Shown here one piece after another: positions 25,761 to 34,368 of a DNA stretch of 63,872 nucleotides. A program made the position numbers and the translations under genes. The stretch is from positions 559,931 to 623,802 of the forward strand of contig RHPI01003488.1 in NCBI GenBank assembly GCA_009103225.1, read 5' to 3'. The notes beneath the pieces were generated by a model, which had not been told where the DNA came from, made no database searches, and saw nothing but the letters and a program-made list of their open reading frames with translations. The stretch comes from Chlorokybus atmophyticus (Eukaryota; Plantae; Mesostigma and Chlorokybus algae). How positions within the stretch are numbered: the stretch's first letter is position 1; each line of letters opens with the position of its first letter.

Positions 25761-26713
25761 CACTGGCTGCGTTATGGACGATTGGGTGCCAAGTGCGGCG
25801 AAGCCGCGCGCGACATTGCTTTTTACCAATGGTTGGCGGGATGAGAGCAACGATCAACGGCATAAACTTTTTGACGTTGCCATTTTAGCAAGACTTGCTA
25901 GCGGCAGGATAGTCAATGATACCGGCGTTGTGTCGCTTAATACCGCCGTTTTCGGCTTTGGCACATGCTGCGGCCGCTTGTTGTAACATCCGAGTGAGAT
26001 GACGGATCGTGCCAGCGTAATATATATATATATATATATATATATACAAGCACGAGGCACCAGCGGAGGATAACGCGCGTTGGTTGCCGATCACCAATAA
26101 TTGCCTCCTGATGAGGGCTGTTGCTTGGTTGACACGCCTTCCCCTCACGTGAGGTGCACGCGAGCAATGAGACTGCCAAGTGATATCCTTGATGTCACTG
26201 GATAGTGCTAGGGCCCACCACACTGTACGTACACGGTTGGGCTTGCCGCATTAACTCTTGGCGTGTCGCACTGCGTATGAGGAGCGTCTTTGCGCCCGCT
26301 AGTGTTCGGACCGGAGAGATCTAAAGCACACCTGCTCCGCTGTAGTGTCGGCCGCGTGCACCGCCACCCACGCCATGATGCGTGACAAGCTTCTCGCTTT
26401 AATATACGGAGGCTGCACTAACAGTTGCGAACAATTGGGTTTCATGCCATTTAGCGCGAGGGAGTCTTTGAGTTAACGCCCCAACCTCGTGGCAAAGAAC
26501 CCAACCATGGCATAAAGTTGCTGCTAGACGTTACCATCATGGCGTGTGAAACTCGGACAGGCGCGCCGGTGTGAGTTGCTGACGCAGTCAAACGGCACAA
26601 GTACGGAAATCATTTGGCGGACACTGTCTTTTCAATGGCAATGGAAACGCATTTCACGCTGCCAACACCACTAGGTAGATGTGTGCGTGTCGCTGGCGCA
26701 ACGCATCGGTTAT
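25761..26713 (+). mobile_element. Heavily decayed 3' fragment of a CRE-like (RLE-type) non-LTR retrotransposon
   Basis: Motifs appear in the expected order through stops and frameshifts: GRLGAKCGEAARDIAF (25776, GGLG-type), AVAWLTRLP (about 26117), VRTRLGLP (about 26228), AHLLRC...RHDA (about 26326, zinc-knuckle end), then LLLDVTI...KRHKY...SMAMETH (RLE core). Recognition is from recalled CRE-family motifs. Confidence 0.55.
26020..26046. repeat. (TA)n microsatellite
   Basis: Direct reading. Confidence 0.9.
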
Positions 26714-28242
26714 AAAAAGGCTTTTGAGGTCACATTTCATGAATTAGAGTTCATTTACGGTTAACACATTGAGGTGTAACTCAAATACGCTGGTAGGACT
26801 CACATGTGACTGAAAATCGCTGGTTGTGACCGATTTAAGAGTTGTATGGTAGTTGTGGCAGCCAAGGTGGTTAAAAAACCCTCCCCCNNNNNNNNNNNNN
26901 NNNNNNNNNNNNNNNNNNNNNNNNNNNNNNNNNNNNNNNNNNNNNNNNNNNNNNNNNNNNNNNNNNNNNNNNNNNNNNNNNNNNNNNNNNNNNNNNNNCC
27001 AAAAAAAAAACAAAAAACAATAGTAGAGGTGATCCGCGCTTGTTAAGAGTGTTGTGTCATGTGTATGAGTATGTACACTGGTGGGGAGCTTTGGGAGGAT
27101 CATGAGCTAGCATGCATGCATGGAGGAAGCTACACCATGTGAAGATAAAGAGGGTGCAGCATCATAAGGCCATGACGGGCTTGTGGACGACGCCCTCGAG
27201 CGACGAGATATAGCACAACACCTGCCTTCTGCAGATCACACCATGCACGTGTGTTACGCAGCTGTACATGTAACAGTTTGTCAGATGCGTGGATTGCTAA
27301 TGTACATGCCTTGTCGACGACTCGTGCCAATAACAATGACAGAGTCAATAAGCTACTACTGTATGTGGTATTATGGTTTTCTTAAATGAGTGTATATGAT
27401 GATGTGCTGTTGAGTGAGGTCAAAGGTAACTTGAGGATGCTTTGATTAAGTTAAAGATACAACGATACCACTACTTACTTGCTGGTCGGGGCTTGGCAAA
27501 CATATGCACAAGCACTAGGAAATTACAGCGGAAGTCCCACCAGCACCGCGGTGCAGGGGAAGCTGCAGCAGCGCACCAAGGGAGGAGAGGATGATTACCG
27601 ACCTCTCACTCAGCTCCGGCCCCAGGCACACCCACGCCCAACACACCCACACTCACACCCCACCCCACACCCCACCAGGGATGAGGGGGAGAGCCCCTTC
27701 AACAGCTACTAGCCAGGCACCCCACGCACAAGTGGCCCTCTTGTAAGGCAAACACACACTGATGTCCTAATCAGTATTGATCCGATCCCCATTCAAGAAT
27801 GCAACTTAGCATTTATACCACAAGCTGCTCTCCCGACCTGGCACACAGAATGTCCAAGGCCACTTAGACCTTGTCACGATGCGCAGACCTTTTTCCTACA
27901 GAACCAACAAACTCCACCCCGGGAGTATCAAACACCTCGGATTCTCATATGAGTAACAATCCTACACACCTCGCAATCACAAACTCAAGCTCTCCTAATA
28001 CATACGTACTTGCGGATTGCCTACAAGCACAACTTGCCTTGCGATTGTCATACCTATGGCGAATCGCACAACCACAATATAGATCTGTGATTTGCCAACT
28101 TGCCTCATTATCTTAAATCTGCCACTTCTTGTGGCAACTCGTAATGCAATAACAAAAGCTCACCTGCCATAGGCATTGACTCGCTCTGAGCTAGCCCTTA
28201 TCAATGCCTTGTGTAGTTTATCATTGCTGAAGGCCCTCATAG

Positions 28243-28916
28243 TGTAACAGTCAAGGCCAAATTTCGTAATTTTCATGGCCATTTTAGGCCTTATTTGTGA
28301 GAAATCATGTTTTTCATGACTTGTGGCGGATATCGACCGGCGAGTTGCGAGTCTGCCGCAGATATCGACCGGCCCAGGGCCAGTCTTGAAGACGCCAGAA
28401 AACGGAGGGCCAGTCGAGAAGGGCTCGACCAGATTTTTGGAAGGGCCTGGCGCCAAGTAGTATAACTTGACCATATGAGCAGCAAATGAGGAGATCTTTG
28501 GTCCGTCGGAAAGTTCTAGAAGTGTAATACAAGATTCTGCAAGAATACCTTAGCTTCTAGTTTTGTCTAGCGCTAAAATCGTCTAGACAGTAGCATGTGC
28601 AGACTGGTAGGTATAAAAGTGACATTCTACAATTTGCAATACAACCTTTAGCTCCCTAGTTTCTTGTGTGCAAACCTGGTGGTGGTCAGCAGAGGTTGCT
28701 AGCGTGTGTCCACTGGTGTGTGCTTGCTTGTGTGACGATCCAAGGCGCTACACGAGTCCGTGTGTAGCTTGGAGCGCATGCGCGTGCGTACGTGAGTGGC
28801 GGGGCGCGCGTGTGTGCTTGGCAGAGGGGGCAAGGTTCCGGTGTGAATACCGTGTCTTGGTGAGAGGGTTGTTGATTGGACCAACTCACAGGTAACAAGG
28901 CACGAGCACCGTCACA
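28243..28916 (+). repeat. 5' LTR of the outer element (674 bp)
   Basis: Starts TGTAACA and ends TCACA. About 25 substitutions and one 2-bp indel versus the 3' LTR by manual comparison (about 96% identical). Confidence 0.95.
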
Positions 28917-28918
28917 AC

Positions 28919-28930
28919 TGGTATCGGAGC
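28919..28930 (+). promoter_or_regulatory. Primer-binding site of the outer element (tRNA-iMet type)
   Basis: TGGTATCGGAGC lies 2 nt after the LTR end, one mismatch from the canonical TGGTATCAGAGC. Confidence 0.85.
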
Positions 28931-29023
28931 ACGGTTTACGAAGGGAGAGCGGAAGTGTGTGGGCGTTTACACATTTCATTCGGAAGCGGAGTGTAGTGTG
29001 TTAGTGGAGATGAGGATGCTCGC

Positions 29024-30039
29024 ATGGAAGAGATTCAAGCTGCCATCTTAGCATTGAGGGAAGAGCTTCATCACACTCAAGCGGCGGCACAAGCACAACG
29101 CGAGGCGTATGAGCATGCGATGGCGCGTGTATAAGTTCCCATGGCATCAAGCTCGCGCGTGCATGTGAAGGTGCCAAAGCCAAAGCCATTCAAGGGTCAA
29201 CGTGATGGAGATGTTGTGGACGAGTGGCTCTTCCAAGTGTCATCATGGTTAAAGCTCACGGAGGTACCCGTACACTTACATGTGGAGGTTGCCGCGACAT
29301 TGCTTGAAGGTGCAGAACTTGTGTGGTGGAGGCATCGATGTACGCGTGTCGCAAATGGATTGGCGCTACTATTGACCACCATGGAAGAGTTGGCAATGGA
29401 GGTCAGGCTTCAATTTGTTCCCGTTGAGAGCGTGAAGGCCGCATGCGACAAACTTGCAGCCCTTGTGCAAATGGGGTCGGTGATGGCGTACACGCGTTTG
29501 CGTTTTAGCGATTGGTGATGTCCATACCCAATATGACCGAGGAGGAGCAGCTGGACAGGTATACACGTGGTTTAAAACCTTTGGGGCGTAAAGAAGTGGA
29601 GCTACGGGACCCGAAGACACTCGCGGAGGCTATACGCATCGTGGAGCGTCTCGACGCGTTGTACTTCAAGTCCACCACAAGAAACACTGACTGGAGGCAA
29701 AGGCATGGTGATCAGCCCCGGGGAGGCTTTCAACATGCATGGAGACGAGGAGAACCAAGTTTAGCGCTTGCCAATGGAGGTGGAGGTAACTATGGGCCTG
29801 CACCAATGGAGGTGGGTGCCATACACACGCGTGGAAGTGAGGCGAAGCACGGCGGACGTGGTGAAAGAGGTAAAGGGGTGCGCAAGTGTTATGCGTGTGG
29901 GTCGACTGAGCATTTGGCGTACGGATGCCCCAAACGAAGCACGCAAAAGCCAACACCGAATGGCAACCCTCGCCATGATCGTCACGTCAATACCATGGAG
30001 CAGAATGACGTGGAGCAGGAAAACGACTTCCCTCAGTAG
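29024..30039 (+). pseudogene. gag of the outer element (one stop, one frameshift)
   Basis: MEEIQAAILALREEL...*VPM...KPKPFKG...VDEWLFQ...; frameshift at about 29500; GPAPMEVG; zinc knuckle CYACGSTEHLAYGCP; ends ENDFPQ*. Confidence 0.85.
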
Positions 30040-31583
30040 GTGAGGAGGCAATTGCTGGGGATAGGAAGGAGCCTCATGCACGGACGGATGCTGTGACATT
30101 TCCATCAAGGAAGTCAGAGGAGATGGCTATGAACGCGCCAACGGTGGTGAGTTATGCAAAGAAGGAGACAACAAAGTACTTCGGGCTTCAAGCACACATT
30201 TGCGACGACCAAGGACGATGGAGAGAGTGTAAGCTCATGATTGATAGCGGTGCCAACAGCAACTTTATGAGTATTGATATTGCGCGGCGTTACGGTTGGC
30301 TTTCATCATTACGTGGAGGTGAAGTGAAGCTCGCTGATGGAGAGCCACCCTCTGGAGGTAATGGCGCTGCGTTTATGACCAAAGAGTTGTGCGTTTCTAT
30401 TGGGAAGATGAAGGAGAACATGCGATTTTGCTGCGTCACCCTACGGAACGGGTTTGACGGGATTTTGGGACTACCGTGACTATGGCAACATAATCCATCC
30501 ATCAATAAGAGGAAGCGCGTGCTCACCATCGAACGAAACGGTGGAGAGTTCATTTAAGGTGGTACGACAATTCTCGTATGTGATCTCTTATGTGCAATTG
30601 AGGAAGTTATTGTTCCCACGGAAGGCAAAGGCTGTTTGGTTGTGCGTGGTGGGCGAAAACACTGCAAAGTCAGCATCGGAGCTGAGTGACGATGTCAAGA
30701 CGGCTACGATGGACCCCGAGGTGTGTAAACTTGATTTAAACTACAAAGATATCATGGTGGACGGACTTCCATCTGGTCTACCACCTCCACGGAGCGTAGA
30801 CCACCGTGTGGAGCTGATTGAGGGCGTGCACAAGCCACCGTATCGACCCGTATACAAGTTGTCACCTTTGGAGCTGGAAGAGGCCGAGAGGCAGGTGGCA
30901 GACTTGCTGAAAAGAGGCTACATCAGGCCTAGTAAGTCCCCTTATGGTGCACCTATTTTGATTGTATGAAAGAAGAACGGGAGCTTGCGCATGTGCGTCA
31001 ACTACCGAGCTCTCAAAAACATCACGAAGAGGAATTGCTTTCCACTCCCACGTATCAACGAGTTGCTGGAGCAATTGCAAGGTGCGCAGTACTTCACAAC
31101 ACTTGATCTTGCTGGAGGTTATCACCAAATCCGCATCGCGCCCGAGGATGTGGAGAAAACATCTTTTAACACACGTTATGGGCACTACGAGTGGTTGGTT
31201 ATGTCCTTCGGACTTACGAACGCGCCGGCAACATTTTAAACGCTAATGGATAGCGTTTTCGCTGACTTGATTGGTAAGGGAGTCCTCGTGTACCTCGATG
31301 ACATTTTGGTGTACGCGAAGACAAAAGAGGAGCACGTGGCACTTCTACGGCGCGTGTTGCAGCGTTTGCGCGAACACGACTTGTACGCCCACCTACAAAA
31401 GTGCAAATTCTTGCTTCGGGAGGTGGAGTACCTAGGCCACATCGTGTCGCATGAAAGCATCAAGCCGGACCCCAACAAAGTGCAGGTAGTGTGCGAGTGG
31501 GCTTCCCCGACCAACGTAACGGAGGTGATGTCCTTTAAGGCCTTGCGGGGTATAATCGCAAGTTTATCATGGGGTTTTCGCGC
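30018..31583 (+). pseudogene. pol 5' part (protease, RT) of the outer element
   Basis: Protease LMIDSGANSNF and FDGILGLP; [57 protein letters not shown]. Several stops and frameshifts. Confidence 0.9.
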
Positions 31584-33048
31584 TGTTACGGCCTAGCTAC
31601 TACAGCTGGTCATGTACAGTGTATATATAAGTTTAATTAGCGAGAGACAAAAGTTTAATAAACCTTGGTTGGATTATCTTGGTTTGTTACAAAAGCTTTA
31701 AATGCGTGTGTTTGTGTTTGAGCTTTAACACGAATGCAATGCATCGCTAATTATAGGCCTGGCTAGTTAGAGCATTTGAATGCATCTAATTAGAAGTGGT
31801 TGACTAGGAATTACCCTATTCATGAATGTATGGGCGTCTTGAGTAGGAAGATAAAAGCACATGGCTTTAGTATAACGATTTATTAACGCGATGTGGGCTT
31901 ATGGGGCCAATCGCGTGAAACATCATAGGAAAAAGCATGTGTAATTATAAGGTTCATTTAGGCCAATCCAAGGCGGCTTATTTGGATCAGATGAATAGAG
32001 CGAAGTAGCCTCTCTTAGGGTGAACAAAAAGGACTTCGCGAAATGAGTTCGCGAAGGGGTTGATTCACCTGCGAAGTGAATCAACATAGTGAACTAAATT
32101 AGTTCACTAGTTCAGTTACGAACATGAACTAAAGTAGTTCACTAAGGGTTCGTAAGTGAATTAAAATAGTTCACTGGTTCAGTTACGAACATGAACTAAA
32201 ATAGTTCACTGGTTCAGTTACGAACATGAACTAAAATGGTTCACTGAGTCAGCTACGAACATGAACTAAAATAGTTCACTAAGGGTTCGTAAGTGAACTA
32301 AAATAGTTCACTGGTTCAGTTACGAACATGAACTAAAAGTAGTTCACTAAGGGTTCGTAGTGAACTAAGTGAACTAAGTAAACTAAGTGAACTAAGTGAA
32401 TCACCCTAATATGAGGGAACTAATAGAAGAGGGAGCCAAAAGTGAATCACTGGTGAACCAAGTTAGTTCACTAGTAGAGTGATTCATAAAGCCGACAAGG
32501 TAGTGAACTAAAGTTGATTCACTAGTGAATCAACTATTAGATCACTTCGCGACGCGACGTCGCGACAAAAAATTGGCTAAGGCATATGCCCCCTCCCGCG
32601 TGTGCCGATACGCAGCGCGTGACAGCGCCGTCTGCCATGGCCGCAAGCACAAAAATTGCGGATTAGCATTATTGGTCACTTTGCAGAATGCCAGTGAACT
32701 AATGCCGGGTGAACTAAACTAATCACTTGGGTGAGTGAATGGGGATCTGGTAGGGGGCTTTGAACCAAGTAGGTCTTAGCCAAGATAGTTCCTAGTAAAG
32801 CTCATGGCGATGGATTTCGCCATAAAAAAGGAGCCAGTCGCGGGTGGAGGGTAGCCGCCGCACGACTTGTGCTCTGGGCTTTTGGGGCTAAGGTAGGGGT
32901 ACCTAAGCTAGGTGACCATAACCCTTAAGTTGCCAAGTAGTTGTTCATTCAACGAAAGGTGGTTAAGGGAGTGTACAGTCACTACATGTAAAGTGTGTGA
33001 TCAGTGTACATAGTTTTAAGTGTTAATTACCCCCCGCCCGGCGTAACA
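31584..33048 (+). repeat. 5' LTR of the inner element
   Basis: TGTTACGG...CGTAACA; offset of exactly 6544 bp to the 3' LTR at both ends. Confidence 0.96.
32090..32400. repeat. Array of 8 palindromic 19-bp repeats (TGAACTA-N3-TAGTTCACT) with two recurrent spacer types, then 4 x TGAACTAAG; second copy at 38634-38944
   Basis: Repeat starts at 32090, 32125, 32157, 32192, 32227, 32262, 32294 and 32329. Spacers are 16-nt (ggttcagttacgaaca type) or 12-13-nt (aagggttcgtaag type). Confidence 0.92.
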
Positions 33049-33138
33049 GCTGGCCTCGAAGCTTGGACATACGATTTTGAACCACTCGGGCCGTGGTTTG
33101 GGGCCACTTTGATTCGGAAATTCGCGCTTCCGAAGTGC

Positions 33139-34368
33139 ATGCCGAAACAACGCCGGATTGGAAATTATCACAAGTGGCGTGAGACTTTTAGTAGTAGCGC
33201 CAGTGAAGAGGATTACCGCGAATTAGAAGCCTATCTCGAAGAAAAAAGGCTAGTCGCGGCAATGGCGGAACAGGAAGCTTCGAGTCCACCGATTCCCCAG
33301 CTAGGGAAAAAGATGGAACGAAGAATAGCCGAGTTGTCGCAAAAATACAAGAAAATAGCCTTGGCTTGTTGCAAAGAAGGCAAAAAGGCCAAGCAAGGCA
33401 TCTTGAGGCTAGTGAAGAACCTAGAGAAGAATGAGGAGGAGCTCACGCGCCTCCGTGTCCTTGGGGAGCAGAAAATGAAAGAACTCGAGGACAAAATAGA
33501 CTCGGTCCAAGTAGGACCAAGTACCAAGTTTCTAAAAATTCCCCCGGCATGGACAGGCAAAAAAGGGGAGGATATAGACGCTTGGTGGAACCAAGTCGAA
33601 GTGACTTTGGCTACGGTTCCAGAAAGGCAAAGGTTGGGTTTTGCCGCGGGATACTTAGGCCCAGAACCACTTCAGTTGTGGAAGGACCATAGGTCTCATT
33701 TGGTCGAGCCCACCTTTGAATCCCTAAAGGAGTTTTTGTTTATCCAATATAGGACAGTGGACCCCGGGCTTGATGCCAGGGATAAGCTATCCGATTTGAA
33801 ACAATCGAGCAAGTTGATCACGGAATTTGTGAGCCAATTCAACCTGTTAGCGGCTCAAGCTGCAAATGGGGGAAGGCCATTAAGCCTGATTGAAAAGGCC
33901 AACCTATTCATTCGAGCCTTAGATTCTAAGCTCCAAAAGCAACCAGATATTATGAGGTTGCAAAAGACCGATATAGAGTGGACTCAGGAGAAGTTCACGG
34001 AGCTTGAGAATACGGCGAGATGGGTCGGCCGGAATTTGGCTAGCATTAACAAAAGGGATAGAGAAGAGGGTGGAGACAAATCCGGGGGAGGAAAGGGAAA
34101 GAAAAGAAAAGGATTTGCCCCTCAATCGGAGATGGAAAGTCCGGTTGAAAAGGAGAAGTCTTCAAAGACCCCTCTAAAGAAAAAGGGTAAAAAGCCGTTT
34201 GGCAAGAAACCCTTTAAGCCAGCCTACCAGGGCAAGGCAAGACTCTCCAGTGAAGAGAAGGAGAGAAGAGCTCGGGAAGGTTTATGCTTCAATTGTGGCG
34301 AAAAGGGGCATATAGCCTCCAAGTGCCCGAAGAAGGGAGCAAAGCCGACCGAGGATCCCACCAAGTGA
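33139..34368 (+). CDS. gag: Intact Gag of the inner element (about 409 aa)
   Basis: Uninterrupted ORF from the first ATG after the LTR: coiled-coil N-terminus, PPAWTGKKGEDIDAWW capsid-type motif, LKQ...ITEFVSQF, and zinc knuckle CFNCGEKGHIASKCP. Stop TGA at 34366-34368. Confidence 0.9.
   Translation: MPKQRRIGNYHKWRETFSSSASEEDYRELEAYLEEKRLVAAMAEQEASSPPIPQLGKKMERRIAELSQKYKKIALACCKEGKKAKQGILRLVKNLEKNEEELTRLRVLGEQKMKELEDKIDSVQVGPSTKFLKIPPAWTGKKGEDIDAWWNQVEVTLATVPERQRLGFAAGYLGPEPLQLWKDHRSHLVEPTFESLKEFLFIQYRTVDPGLDARDKLSDLKQSSKLITEFVSQFNLLAAQAANGGRPLSLIEKANLFIRALDSKLQKQPDIMRLQKTDIEWTQEKFTELENTARWVGRNLASINKRDREEGGDKSGGGKGKKRKGFAPQSEMESPVEKEKSSKTPLKKKGKKPFGKKPFKPAYQGKARLSSEEKERRAREGLCFNCGEKGHIASKCPKKGAKPTEDPTK

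Noticed and set aside
28160-28532. Minus-strand ORFs repeated at 41536-41840 as an antisense gene
   Set aside because: They fall mostly within the outer LTRs, their ends differ between copies, and they have no domain signature.
32090-32400. CRISPR array
   Set aside because: The spacers are short (12-16 nt) and recur as two types instead of being unique. No cas genes are present, and the array lies within a eukaryotic LTR and is duplicated with it.
32525-32722. 65-aa ORF repeated at 39069-39266 as an accessory gene
   Set aside because: It lies wholly in the LTR, has a non-ATG start and no recognisable motif; the duplication is just the LTR pair.
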